Shown in pieces: positions 11,909 to 38,947 of a stretch of DNA of 64,000 bases. Below the pieces are notes generated by a model. It made no database searches. It was not told the DNA's origin and worked only from the letters and a program-made list of their open reading frames with translations. The stretch comes from Lytechinus pictus (taxonomy: Eukaryota). Every line of letters starts with the position of its first letter. The first letter of the stretch is position 1. Where the stretch lies: assembly GCF_037042905.1 (NCBI RefSeq), contig NC_087250.1, positions 12,340,001 through 12,404,000 on the forward strand, in the 5' to 3' direction. The position numbers and the translations under genes are program-made.

Positions 11909-12788
11909 ATGTTTACTGTGACCTTCCGAAAACTAGGTTAATATCGAAAACCCCTCGATCATCACACGTTTCTTTGTCATAAAGAAACCCTGCGGGAAAT
12001 ACAAGACAAAAATACATGACAATAAGCGTGTCATTGCAAGGCGACCCCACGAACCTCTTTGCTTGTTTTACTCTTTTTAAAGTTTAAAAGAGTGATGAAA
12101 TAGAAGTGATGATAAATTGTTTTAAGTACAAAAACGATAGCAACTTATTATTTTTTGTCATTTAACGACATGAAGGGTATAGCCACTTGTAATATTATTT
12201 ACTGTATCAACGGATTAAATCACCCTGGAGGAAAGTTAATCGTAAAACTAGCAGAAAAAATAATCAAACATATTGGTGAGGATTTGAGGAAAATTCATTG
12301 AAAATTAAGAACGATATTAGAATTTTAAGTTTTGGATTTGTGACGTCATTAACGAGCAGCTGTTTCATATTCAATATTTAATGGTTCGTGATGACTTATT
12401 TGCCTTTTAGGAAAGGATGTGAAATAATTTGTCTGTTGATGCACTAAATGAAATTATAGTAAAAACATTTTCAATTTTCTTAAAAAATATAAATTTATTG
12501 GCTTTATTACCATGTAAGTATTTCCATTTAATAACAGTTTATTCTATTACCATTTAACTGTATTACCACTTGATGACAATTTATTACCGTATAGGAAAAC
12601 TGCTCGCATAATGACGTCACAAATCAAATAATTAAAATTCTAATAACTTATTTTATTAGTTGATGGATTTTTCTCAAACCCTCGGCAATATTTGTTATTG
12701 TTTAGTTTCTATTTTTAAAATAAACATTTTGTCAGGGTGAACTACCCTTTTAAAAGAGGTCTCGACTACAAGTGAATATGGTGATATT

Positions 12789-13770
12789 CAGTGCGTATCC
12801 AAAAAAAGCTTACACTTAGAAAAAGTCCTGTAAAATTATACATTTGTAATATCCTGAAGATTTTTCCACATTTTAACATTGGTACAGATCCATTTAAGCA
12901 AAAGGCGATATAACTGTCGAAAAATATTTCCGCTTGAGTGAGCACCACTCACTTTTGAAAAGTTAGTGAAAAATGATTTGCGCAGAACTTTGAAATAGTT
13001 ATGCGAATAAAAGTAGACCTTAATCATGAAGAACACATGGAATTTAGCTAGTAAAATTGATTTGAAGATATCTTTTACCCTTTTTAACTTGTTTTCTTGC
13101 CCAAAACACTTCGAAGAGTGCATTGTGCCCCACCCCTCTCCCCCACACACCAATGCCATTGTGACGATATTTGCTTTACACTGAACTGTGATTTACATGA
13201 AATGGCTTAGGCTTGATTTTCATTTTGTTAATCATTGTCAAGCTTGGAATAACTGTGGAGAAACAAGTATTGAATGAAAAGTGAAATGTAAACCCACTTT
13301 ACATGATAAAACCTTAGTGAAAAATGCTTGAGATATCTCTAAACTTTTGTTCAGATTCAGTTATGTCTTCAGATCCAGCTGGCACAAAAGTGGTAAAGGT
13401 TGTGCTTACAAAGTGTTGAAATTTCAATTTGGGTGGCAAAATTGTTACAAAGTGTTTGAATGCATCCGTTTTATTCAATTAACTAAAAGTGCAAGGGAAA
13501 TGTATGAGAAATGTTTCGCAGGGAAAGTTTGATTTCGCCATTTTCCCTTGACACAGCGTGAAAACGAGCATTTCTGCGCAAACAGATTTCTGCGAGCTTT
13601 ACAAAAATGGACAGTGCTCACTCAAGTGTGACATTCTGTCAAAACTTTTACTTTCATTGGATAGATGAGACCCAAACCCAAGATTACATGTGAAAAAATT
13701 ACCCACATGTTGTATATTTTTTAATTCCCAGGGCTTTTTCAAAGTGTAAACTTTTTTTTGATACGCACTG
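12789..13770. mobile_element. Non-autonomous Tc1/mariner-like DNA transposon (~980 bp)
   Basis: TIRs cagtgcgtatccaaaaaaagcttacactt / aagtgtaaacttttttttgatacgcactg, followed by TA on the right; no transposase ORF seen. Confidence 0.75.
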
Positions 13771-15299
13771 TATAGCGTTGCAATCAAATGAAACTCTGAA
13801 GATCATACGTCACTTAATTTTCAATCAATCAAAATATTGCATTCTGGTTTTGTGATTGATATTTATATGATCTAGTTTATTTTTTTTTTATTAATTTATC
13901 TATTAACATAACTCTATACAGGAAAACATCAGTGCTCAATGACTGTTTTTTCAGCATGGTCCTGTTAACATAAAATATAACAATACAGGATACATAAAAG
14001 AGCAAGTTAGGTTCTGCCATGGACCCTACGGTTCTACAATTATAATAATGAATTCAATTCATCTTCTAGATAGGCTGCATAGCCCTTTGAAGAATATAGC
14101 AATTGATGATGATGATAAATACATTAAAATCAGATTAATCACCGAAACAAATCATTAAATATAACATAATGAATTAACGAGGAATCAGTGAATGAGAAAG
14201 GTTATCATATAATTAAAGTAACATACAAGTGTATGATATCATTAATATATTAAATAATTCTACAAAATTATCAGCAAACCCCAAACCAAATGATTTTTTA
14301 TGTCGCCCAATTTTTTTTTGAGATTTTCATTTGAGTTCGAAGAAGCACATCCAACGCTTCAAGGGGTATATCTTGTCAAAAAAGATTAACATTAACTCAA
14401 ACTCTTGGTTAAATATAGGCGAAACTCGGCGAGAGCGTACAAAAAGAAGAAGCAACGTTTGAAGTTCAGGATTCTCTTCACTTTGTGCATTCTTAAGAAA
14501 CTTCCGAGCAGTCCGCAAAAACCTAAGTCAAAGAAACTCTTGTATTTGTTTTCTGTAAATTGTGTAATAAGCAGATTACTCTTTCAGATTGAAAAAAAAT
14601 TATTCATTGATCTTTATTTATGTAGTTTCTTCTTGCTTCCTTTTAGCAGAGAACCGTCCCTGATCATTATAATGATGACGACTTATTGTTGGTTTCGTGG
14701 TAAGTTGCAAGTGACATTTCAGTAGACTTTAAACATAAGGCAGCACCCCCAGGATAGGATGTTGGTGTTGTAAACCGCATAACATGTGGAATGAAACATT
14801 GGGTGAGACTTTCTTTTCTTGTCCATTTTTCTCTCTCCTCAAAACCTTCATTTTGGAGTGATATTTTTTTTCTTTAGATTTTTTCTGGGCTTGGTATTTT
14901 TTTTCCAACGAGCACCCTACTTAAAAAGACGTTCCCGTGTTCCAGATAGGCAAGTAAATTAAGTCGAGTAATAGCTGTAGGCCTATGTATATATTTCTTT
15001 TACAATGGATAAGGAGGGTTAATAACACGTTTTAGCATGTCGTATAACACCAAGAATCGTTATTTTATTGTATTTAAACTAGATCGTCGGTGTCAACAAC
15101 ATGGTAAAAATTATTGATATATAAACCTATAATTGTTAAGTCATATATTTTCTTACTGTATAATCGATTTGTACCAAATGAACCAACACACAAGTTTCAT
15201 GGCCACTGACGTAGCTCTCTTCTTAGCTCCTCTTCATTTTGGAATCTTTTTATCCTCCAGCCCCCATTTTTTTTTATTCGTCTTGGTCTACTCTAAAAA

Positions 15300-15900
15300 A
15301 ATGATAATAATGATATGATGCTGATTAAAACGATAGTGATGATGATGAGGAGGACTAGGACGACGATGATAATGACGACTATTGATCATGATCATGACGA
15401 TTATATTGATGAAAATGACGATTACATGATGAAGAAGATGATAATGACGATTATATATAGAGTCACGGTATACTGCAGTGCCATATAGGCGCTGTCATAT
15501 CAAATAATTCAAGGAAATTCTTCTTATATACCTTCCGGGGACCACCTCGATCACCTGGATTGAGTGCAGCTCAGTAGAATGTGATTGAATTGCTTGCTGA
15601 AAGAAAACACGCATTGGTTAGGAATCGAACCTCCGTTCCTCAGATTGAAAAACGAGAGCAAGGACATCGGGTAGACTACGACACCCCGCATGATTAGTAT
15701 AGGAAATAACGATGATGATGCCGCCTAATGATTATGATGATAATGATGGTGATATGATGATTATGATGATAATGATGACCACGATTGATAATGATGATGA
15801 TGACGATCATAATTATATTGATAATGATGATAATCATGATGATGATGACGATAACATCGATAATGAAAATATGATGCATGATTATAGTGATGATTGGAAA
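15300..15900. repeat. (GAT)n degenerate microsatellite interrupted by an eroded minus-strand SINE (~15460-15690)
   Basis: gatgat/gataat runs flank a segment with cacctgg...gagtgcagc and ggaatcgaacc, reverse-complement SINE motifs. Confidence 0.75.
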
Positions 15901-15910
15901 TGAGGAGGAC

Positions 15911-18596
15911 CATAGGCGGATCCAGCTTTTGGCGAAAGGGGGGGGGGGGCGCACTGCCGAGCGGCGCACATATTTTTGCACTTCACCGGCGCCATAAAAG
16001 AAAATGTTGAAAAAGGAGTAAAGTCTGACCCTGTCGAATGCTCTTTTCAAAATGTAGGATTTCCAGTCATGCCATTTTGCATGACCACACGCAGATAATA
16101 TTTCCGGGGGGGGGGCAAGACTCGAAAATTTGGTGCACATCTCACATTTGCACATTTTTTCATAGTTTTCATGAAATGTTAAGGAAAAAAATTGTTTTTC
16201 ACAACAGCAGATCGCGAATGTGCCCCCCCTTCCCCCTTGCTGCGTACGACCATTCCCTGAAGTCCACTTAAACATATCTCATTATAACAGAAATATACAT
16301 CAATTTAAACATATAATCTTTCTAAAACATATATAGAGAGATTGAAAAACTTATTAAAGAAAGAAACAAGTAAAAATGTTATGTGCTATTTCAAAATCTC
16401 GTGTATTAACCCTTTTATTGCGATGAGGCCAATACTTTTGTATATTAATAGAGATACAAGATTTTTTACTATATGTATATATATATATATACACAGGGGC
16501 GTCGATCCTTTTTTTTAAGATTTGGGGGGCAAAATCATGACTCAACTTTCCAAAGGCGCTCGATATCACACAAAACAAACAAACTCACACAAACACACAC
16601 ACACATATGCATATATATATATATATTTATATGACTCATGAGATAGAAACACATATCTCACCAACAAATTAATGCGAGCGCGAAGCGCGAGCTGAAATTT
16701 TTTAGTATACTGACCTGAAAACAGGAAAAAGGTGCCTGTTTAGGACTGTTTGTAGTAACTCATGAGGAGGATACATATCTCACTACACAGATAATGCGAG
16801 TGCCGAGGGCGAGCTGAAATTTCTTTATATTCTGACCAGAAAGCTTGATATTTTATGCATTTTTGGTACCAATGATTAAGATGGGTATCTAAAAAAACAA
16901 TAGATGCGAGCGCAGAGCGCGAGATTAAAATTTTGATATTTCGATCTGAAAAAAATGACAGTTTAATGGACGTTTGTAATAAAGAACAAGATTATATCCA
17001 GCAAAAGATTATTGCAAATCGAAGCGGGAGTTCTTTTGACGTTTAGTCCTGAAAAAGGGACATTCTATTCACCTATTTAATCATGAAAAGTATGGGGTTT
17101 TGCTACAGAAATGATGCGAGCGCAAAGCGCGAGCTGAAAATTTTTATATTCCAATCTGAGAAGCGGATAATTTAAGCACGATTTTAAATAAAGAACGAGT
17201 TGTGTAGCTCAATCTCAATATACGACTGGTTGCGTAATTATACACTCCCGGTACTAGCAACGGGTTTTAGCAAAGTTTTGGGCTAAAATATCGAATCATC
17301 TTCATAAAACACTATAGTAGCTGTTTTAAACCAAAGGCCATAGAGGTGGCACAATGTGGAATGTGTAAAGAAGAAAAGTGACTGACCTTCTTTTTATTAA
17401 AGCATTCGAAAATAAGATCAAAATTAAAGGATTTGCTCTACGCTTTTGTATGATTCTGGAATTTTTAAAATAAATTAAAGATTTCATGACATATGTCATT
17501 CTGTGGGCAACTGTCCCGCCCCAGTCCACTCTGTATGGGCATGCGATAAGCTTTGTTATGACCATTCAACAATAAAATGCATAACCAGGTGCCGCTGATC
17601 ATTCTTGACCGGCGCCGATCTAGATTTGGTTGGCAATAGGCCCTTCTTCATTATTCTACCGGCACCTATTTATTGGAACCAGGGGACGCTGAATATTCTT
17701 AACCGGCGCCGATTTAGAACAAGTAGTGCTGATTATTTTTACCGATGTCACGTAAGATTCAGGCAGCGGCAATTCATAATTGACTGCATGGCGCCGATTT
17801 AGAACCAGGAGGCGCCGATTATTCTTGACTGGCGTCGATTTTTAACCAGGTGGTGCTGATTATTCTTGTCCGGCGCCAATTTAGATTTAGGTGGAGCTGA
17901 TTATTCTTGATCGGCGCCGGTTAAGACTCAGGCAGCGCCGATTTATAACCAGATGGCGCTGATTATTCTTGACCAGCCCCGATTTAGATTTAGGTGGAGC
18001 TGATTATTCTTGATCGGCGCCGGTTAAGAACTCAGGCAGCAACGATTTTTCTGTACCGGGGCCGATTTATAACCAGATGGCGCCGATTATTTTTATCTGG
18101 TGCCGATTTAGATTTAGGTGGCGCAGATTATCCTTGATCGGCGCCGGTTAAGACTCTAGCAGTGCCGATTTTTCTCAACTGGCGCCGATTTATAACCAAA
18201 TGGCACTGATTATTCTTGTCTGGCGCCGATTTAGATTAAGGTGGCGCTGATTATTCCTGATTGGCGCCAGTTATATGCAGGCAGCGCACTGCTGATTATT
18301 TTTAACCGGCGAAGTTGTTGGGAAAAGGGTAGTTAAAAGAAAAGATAAGGAAGATGATATGATTGTGCTTTGCTGGGGGATAGTCTTTCCTTACTGTTGC
18401 TAATATTATATCAGTCTATGATTTTTTTAAGCGGCGCCTTTTCTTTTCTTTCCTTTCTTTTTATTCTTTCAAGCAGCGCCTTTTCTTTCTTTTACTTTTC
18501 TTTTATTTTTTTTGAGCGGCGCCTTCGGCGCCGCTCAAATATTAGGGGGGGGGGGGGGCGCGCGCCCCCTGCGCCACCCCCCTGGATCCGCCACTG
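15911..18596. mobile_element. Composite hAT-like non-autonomous element (~2.7 kb) with nested repeats
   Basis: Ends cataggcggatccag / ctggatccgccactg with G-tract and C-tract subtermini; flanks aggaggac / aggacgat (6 of 8 match). Nested caggggcgtcgatcc segment at ~16494 and gcgagcgcgaagcgcgagc repeats. Confidence 0.55.
17585..18310. repeat. GC-rich minisatellite, ~40-bp units with ~120-bp higher-order period
   Basis: Repeated ttgaccggcgccgatttagatttaggtggcgctgattattc variants, most containing GGCGCC. Confidence 0.9.
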
Positions 18597-18846
18597 AGGA
18601 CGATATGTGATGATATGATGATGATGATGATGATATGATGGTACCAGTAGTAGTGGTGTTTCACTGTGGCGAACGATTCTAGGCCTACATATGATGACGA
18701 TTCATGACTTGATTGCATGCGTTTCCAACTTCTGATGCCTATTTGAGGGAATTTTTTCGAGCACGGGGGCGTCTGGATCTCCGCGTTTGACGAAACCGTG
18801 AAAACGCCATCTACTCTTCGAATAAGGCCTAGGTTTCAATTCAAAC

Positions 18847-31778
<12,932 letters not shown>

Positions 31779-32518
31779 AATGTTAAGTTGGAGTAACCTC
31801 GAAAATATGGTTTATTTTCAATTGATTTCATGCTAATTCGTCCAATTACCAACTCGTCTACTTTCATTTGGACTATCATCGGTTCGTCCACTGTCCACAT
31901 GGTCTAATTGCCATTTCCTCTAATAACCAGTCAGTGGTCCAATAGCCATTTAGTCCATATACCATTTGGTCTAATTGGACTAAGTGGTTACCTCTTTGCC
32001 TGCCACAGACAGAATCACTCCTGTGCCACATATTTCAAGGTGCAACCTGAAGAGGGGTTTTGCATGGACTATGCTAATTCAGCTCACAATAGCTTTTGAT
32101 TGGTTTATTGAATGAAATTGGATTCGGAAAAAGTACTTATGGATGCTTTGAAAACAGAATCACTATGAATTCAAGCTCAACTCAAATTAGGAATTTTTGG
32201 GGTCAATTGTGGCACGTTGTTAGAATAATCCTTCACTCTCTATGTATGAATACCATTGATTCATCTATTGACATAAATTTGTTTTTGATATGCCTCTTCA
32301 AAGTGCCTTTTCTCTCGGTGATGGGGACCGTTTCATCAACATTTTTTCTCTGACAGACAAGTTGTCAGATCTGACAACTTTCCTTGATTCTGATTGGCTG
32401 ATAAGCACTGTTACTATGGTAACTGCTGGACAAGTCCTTTCATGCAAGGCTCCCCAGTAATATGTTAGTTTATATTTTGATATTATGTTGTGAAGATGAA
32501 TTGCAGATGTGTCTGCTA

Positions 32519-33106
32519 TTAAAGGTCGAGTCCACCCCATACAAATCTTGATTTGAATAATTATAGAAAATCAACTAGCATAATGCTTAAAATTTCATCA
32601 AAATCGGATGTAATATATTAAGAAAGTTATGACATTTTAAAGTTTCGCTTATTTTACACAAAAGTGTGATATGCACAATTCAGTGACAAGCACATGAGAC
32701 AGTCAATGATGTCCTTCACTCACGATTTCTTTTGTTTGTTATTGTTTGAATTGTACAATATTTAATTTTTACTGATATGATAATAAGGACCAACTTGACT
32801 GAATCATATAGTATTTAACAATGCCAATTACACATATTCAGGGAGGAATTAATCATTGTTTCACTTGACAATGAGGAGAAAATTAGAATATTTCATATTA
32901 CAAATAAAAAGAAATGGTGAGTGGATGACATAACCAGTCTTCTCATTTGCATACCGACCAGGATGTGCATGAAATTAAGCAAAATTTTGAATGTCATAAC
33001 TTTCCTATTTTACATCTGATTTTGATGAAATTTTCAGTGTTATGCTTGTTGGATTTTTCTCATTTTAATCAAATCACCTTTTTGTTGGGGTGGACCTGTC
33101 CTATAA
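32519..33106. mobile_element. ~600-bp TTAA-flanked (Kolobok-like) MITE
   Basis: ttaaaggtcgagtccacccc ... ggggtggacctgtcctataa with long imperfect subterminal inverted repeats. Confidence 0.8.
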
Positions 33107-36100
33107 GTAAATCATATTAGGATCACAGAAATCTGTTTAAAATTTGATGAAACTCAACTTATTGATGTATAACGCATGACTGCTTATTAAAGGTTGAAAT
33201 GTGCACACTCGCTGTAATGATGTTAAATATCTAATATTTGAAAATGTGTGCAGTGGTGGATTTGTGGGTCTACAAATGGTCATGATGCCTTTTCAGTCGA
33301 TTTATATTTCTTTCATAGTTTGATTACACTTGAAAATGTACAATTTCTTATCGTTCCTCTGATATTCATACATACCTGAAGCACTTGAAATAAGGGTTAT
33401 CTATTTATTTCCTCATCATTAATTGTTTTGAAAACAAGCATTTATAATAATACAAATTATATCATTTCAGTGCATATTGAGCTTGAATTATACCCCTCTT
33501 CGATTATTTTTTACGTTTCACGGCACCTTTACGAAAGATTGTACAAAAACAGATAATAATGACACTATAAGGGGAGGACTCGATACTTTGGCAATTTTGT
33601 GAAATGCTGAATTTTGTATATGGGGAAGGTCACCCAATTGCGTTGGGAAGGTAAACGTGGCATATCTGCAGAGGAGTTGTGTATCAACGGAAACCAAAAT
33701 ACAAGGATAGAATCAATCTTATCAGAAAGTATAAAATGAGAGGAGCAATCTAAAACTTGGTTTTATCGAAATTGGTTATAGAATAAGCGGGTTATGGAAG
33801 TTTGAAAAGTCTTGTACTTTCTATGGGGATCCTCAAATTGGCAAATGTCCTTCAAAATGGCTGCTTTTGTTGACAAATCTCCATTTGTTTAGTACACAAA
33901 TTCTGATATTTTCTCCTCTACTTCACATTATCTCCTTCTGACCTTGACATGTGGTGTGAATTATTTTTTCCCCATGACATATGCATGTATTATGCTCAGA
34001 AGGAGACAAGATGCAATTCGAAAGATACTGAAGGAAATCTGAAAATTTGTGTACAGAAGGAATGGAGGGTTCTCCACAGAATCTGCCATTCTGAAGCATG
34101 TTGGCCAATTTGAGGATCCCCATAGAAAGAACAACAAGACTTTTTAAATGTCCATAACTTGCTTACTCAACAACCAATTTTGATGAAACAAGATTGCTAC
34201 TCTCATTCTATTCTTTCTGACAAGATGGATTCTCTTAGGTAAGTTTCCTTTAGACGTGGAGGGGGGGGGGTTATAGGGGGTTATGACATCAGCCCATCTA
34301 ATGAATATTCATGAAGACATGCCCTGATTTCTTTCACGGGAATAATGCAAATCTTTAAAATTCAATAACCTCGCTATTTGATTTTGATCAAATTTTCAGC
34401 ATTTTGCTCTGAATTTTACTCTATTTATTAAGATATAAATATTTTCTGCCTGGACCATCCCTTTAAGTGTCCAGTCTTCCCCTTGTAGTATACCTGGGGC
34501 CTGCTTCACGAAACTTGTTATAATAACAAATTGGCAAAACCAGTTTAAAGCTACTGAAATCATTCTATTTGATTCGCTGATAGTAGACTTGTTATTGATA
34601 TTGTGCATTTGTTATTATAACAAGTCCTTATGACACAGGACCCTAATGATATCCACATCTTTACCTTGCAAACACCATCTATGGAAAATAAAATTCTTTA
34701 TGAACTGAATCAATTTTAATAACATTAGTTTACTTTTTTGTTTGGTTAATGTGTAAAGTAGATTAGTCAGTAGTAAATCATAGATTAAATTTGCTACAAG
34801 ATGGTAACTTCAAAATCACTGTTTTCACCACAATTTGGAAAATGTTTAAATTTCAAAGGCATCCTTTATCACTCTGTATATGTCATCCATATACTTATTA
34901 TAAGGAAATATGTAAACCAAAATACAAATGTTGCCAATTTAATGAGAAAAAAAAAACCCTGTTCAAATAAAGCGTCAAATAACCCAAATGTGGCCCCATT
35001 TCTTGAAAGTGTGTAACTCCAGCCGCTATTTCTATGGACAGCCAAGCTGGACAATAGGCAGGTGGGCAAATGTGGCTGGATGGAATTTGCTTGTACAAAA
35101 CACATGTCTGTTCACAAGCGATTATTGTCCTTCTTAGCTTTCCATAGAGACGACATGGAGCTTATTTCGCTTTCATGAAACCAGCCCCAGGTTTCCATCA
35201 TATCAGGATGTGTTTTTTTTTGTGCAAGCAGCTGTTAGAAACTAACAATTGAATTTACGTATCACCAACCTAAAACCTTAATGAATGCTGTTAAAAGGAT
35301 TTGGAACCTTTAATTATGTTCTCACCTTTATTACCAGTGTAGTTTTAATACCTAAATTATGTAAAGTTTGTGTCCAAAACGACACCTTTTGATTAAAAAT
35401 ATACTTCATATTCTTTGTTTAATAAGTTTCGTTTCAGCTCATGATAGAGAAATATTATACAGGCACACCTTAAAACTTTGTATGGTGGCTTTCAAAGAAA
35501 TATTTAATATTCAAGCTTTTTTTTTCATTAAGCATGCCTGCCAACTGAGTATATGAATATAGGTAATGATCAGAGTCCATCTTAGTTTCCTGTGCAAACT
35601 CGTCACTCAAGTAAAGAGGCCTGAATTTACAGCCTACATTGCCTTGTGTACTGATGGCCCTCTCTGAAGTCTAAACTTGTTGATCAAATTTCAATCAGGG
35701 TCTGTGCCTATAGACTAAGTCAAGTCCATCTCTTGGCGAAATCTAGTTTAAAATGGGATATTGTTGCTTTTACTCAAGTCTATCTGTGTAACGTCTATCC
35801 CGTAATTCTACCCAAAACTGCCTGGAAATACATGAAAAAATTGACCACAAGCATCATGGCACATACACAAAAAATATTCTGATTTTCCTGGTTTTGGACT
35901 TGGGTCGTTCTTATGTCCATATACTCAAGTATCATTGGTAAATGCTTATACACATAACAGGACACTATTTGCTTTAAGATTAAGGCATCTGCAGTGCCCT
36001 GAGAACGATTTTTTTTGGGGGTGGGGTTGCTGAAGTTAATTTGACAAGCAAAAGGAAAAAAGATTCGCCATTCCATATTGAAGGTCGTTTTGGTCCAAAG

Positions 36101-37024
36101 AAATTTGACAAGCAAAAAAAATGTTTGTCTTTTACATACATTTCTTTATCACACCGGAGCAAACAGTGACTGGATGAGAAAAGCTTCAAAATTTGTAGAG
36201 TGAAAATGCTATTGTAAACCACCTTACAGCTTGAGTAGGATGCTTATGATAGCAATTACTATATATTTTATTTCAGCTTTCTTTCAAAATTTATAGGGAG
36301 AGGGGTAATGCCTGTTTGTGCCGCCACTAATGTGTAGTTGAGGGCAGGACAGGGGCAGAAATCTCTCCCAAAAAGGAAGGGGTGACAAGGGGTTGGTTAT
36401 CACCCCAAATGTAAGGTCATTTCGACCAAAATAAATTTGACAAGCAAAAAAAAAAAGAGGTTTATCACCACATAAGTAAGGTCATCTCGTCCAAAATAGA
36501 TGTTATATTTCGATTTTGAATGAAGTATTTCTTTTCATCACAAAAGACCAAAAATAGTAAGGGACATTTGATATTGAGTCACCCCCTACTATTTTGAGTA
36601 GGGGGGCGCGTCCCCCTAGGATTTCCGCCCATGGTTGAGGGCTTGAAGTGGCTCCTGCTCCGCTCCTGCTTCATATTTACTTTAATGAGTGTTGTGCTAT
36701 TTAGGTTACGCACTTCTATGCATGGCTGCGTGGATATTCCAATCGGATGGTGGTTCCTTGAAATTTGCTTCGGCAACAATTGCTCTGCTGCAAATCCCCA
36801 CACTGAGGGAATTACCACCATCAACTCTTAATCTAACACCATACCTTATCCTGAACCGTAAGCGGATCGAGGGGCCCCGGTCCCTCTATTGGCGGAGCAA
36901 AAGAAAATGAAAAAAGGGGGAAAGATCGAAAGAAAAAAGAAAAAGAAAGAAGGAAAAATAAGAGGAGTGAGGCGAGTGAATAGAATAAGGTCAGGGGAAG
37001 TCTTAGAAAATGATATCATTTGCA

Positions 37025-37935
37025 GCTTTTTGCGCTGTGCGCTCGCATGATTTGATTTGCCAAGTAGGCCTACATACTGCCTTTGTTTATTCCATAAGAT
37101 TCTTTATATTTTAATTCTATAACAAACTAGTTAAAATCCCACTTTTTATGACAGTTTATCACAAATTTCGTCTCGCGATTTGCGCTAGCATTAATTTTTA
37201 CAAATATATCAACTCATAAATCCTATTCATGAATACAATAGTGCTTAAAATATATATTTTTTAGGCCTCAATGAACAAATTTCACTCACTCATTAGGCTT
37301 ATTACTTTAATAAATATGATAATAAAATTTTCATGAATTCCTAATAACCAAATTGTTCCTTTTTTCAGAAAGGAATATCGACAACTTTCATATCGCGCTT
37401 AGGAAGGGGAATGGGAAGATATAGTCATCATTTTAATATGATTACAATTTACAAAATGTCCTTAAGCCTAGAATGTCCAGGTCCTAGGTCAAAATAATAA
37501 TAAAACATATCAGCTCGCGCATCGCACTCGCATCATTTATTTAGGGCTATCCACTTCACAATTCCCCTATACACGTGCTTAATTTCACCCTTTTCATGCT
37601 GGATCAAAAAATTTCCGCTCACGCTTCGCGCTCGCATTATTGATTTTCATGATAAAAAATGAAATGTATTCAGAATGCCCAGATTCAGTCTAACTCTAAA
37701 ACACGCACCCACATGTTTATTGAAATACGCTGCTTGATCTTTACTCAGAATATGCTAAAATTATCCAGTTTCAGATAAGAACTATTCTCGCGCTTTGCGC
37801 TCGCATCATTAATGTAGGAAGATACCAAATTACCCATCCTTTTTCATGATTTATAAAACATGAATAGGGTGTCCCATTTTCAGGTCTGAAATCTCTTCCC
37901 TTTTTTCCGCTCGCGCTCCGCGCTCGCATCAACTT
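37025..37935 (-). repeat. Interspersed repeat with periodic ctcgcgcttcgcgctcgcat motifs
   Basis: Motif recurs at roughly 100-150-bp spacing; reverse complement of the motifs at 16672-17135. Confidence 0.7.
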
Positions 37936-38446
37936 GTTTGGTTTACTTATACCGTTAATGATTACAAAAAGTGCTTAGAATGTCGGAGCCATGGAGTGTC
38001 ATTGATACAGAAGACGAAAATAGTTTTTCTGGGGATTGAGAGGGAAGGGGCGCAAAATGCGACATCAGAGTCCCAATAAAAATATAGCTTATCAATATAG
38101 GAATATTCTGATGAAAAGAACAAAGTGTCTCAGGGCCATTTATTCAGAGAGTTCACTTATTCGACTATGTTAGGATGTAATTCTCAATGTTAATATGTTC
38201 AGATTTAACAGTATGAGGATGATTTTACATCGGTTCCGGGCATATCATGAAAGAGAGGCCGAGCACCCTCATCACGAATGGGAAGTTGTGGGTCCAATCG
38301 CCGGCGGAGTTATACCAAAGACTTAATCAAATGGGGCCCTCTGCGAGTTGGTCAACACGAAATTTTCTCGCGCTGCAATTGCTCCCGGCCTAATTTCGTT
38401 TAAGATAAAGGGTCAGGGTTATGTCTCTAATAAGGTTTAATGTTAC

Positions 38447-38685
38447 ACTGTAAAAATTGTGGTGTTAAAACTGACACCAGTGGGTGTTAATAGAGGACCA
38501 CACCCCGAGGTGTTAAAATTACACCCTAGAGATTGAACATAACACCAAAGAGTGAAAATGTAACAACCAAAGGTGTTGTAATAACACCTATAGGTATTAA
38601 ACTAACACCATCAATTTAACACCGGAGTAAAATAACTGGTGTGGTCCTATATGTACACCGGTTAACACCACAGTTTTTGCTGTGT
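38447..38685. mobile_element. CAC...GTG MITE (EnSpm/CACTA-like) with TA flanks
   Basis: ta-cactgtaaaaattgtggtgttaa ... ttaacaccacagtttttgctgtg-ta with internal aacacc/ggtgtt repeats. Confidence 0.7.
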
Positions 38686-38947
38686 AGAGTTTAATGTTAG
38701 GTTTAGGGTAGGGTGTAGTGTTAAAACCCGGGGTGAAGTAGGTCATTCGATTAGCGTGCGGAATTTAGAGCGGAGCAATCATCGCCGGAGCAAATATCGT
38801 GGAACATTCTGCGATGTCGTTTCGTGCCTCATCCAATTACAACTTCATATCTACATTGGATGTCCGCACTAGCTGTATCATTGTTTAGAACCCCCGATAC
38901 CCTTGACCATTTATCCCCCTTCCCTTCCTATTCCTGGCTAACAGTTC

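Noticed and set aside
17585..18310. Regularly spaced palindromic repeats resembling a CRISPR array
   Set aside because: Intervening sequences are themselves repeated, there are no unique spacers or cas genes, and the context is eukaryotic; it is a minisatellite.
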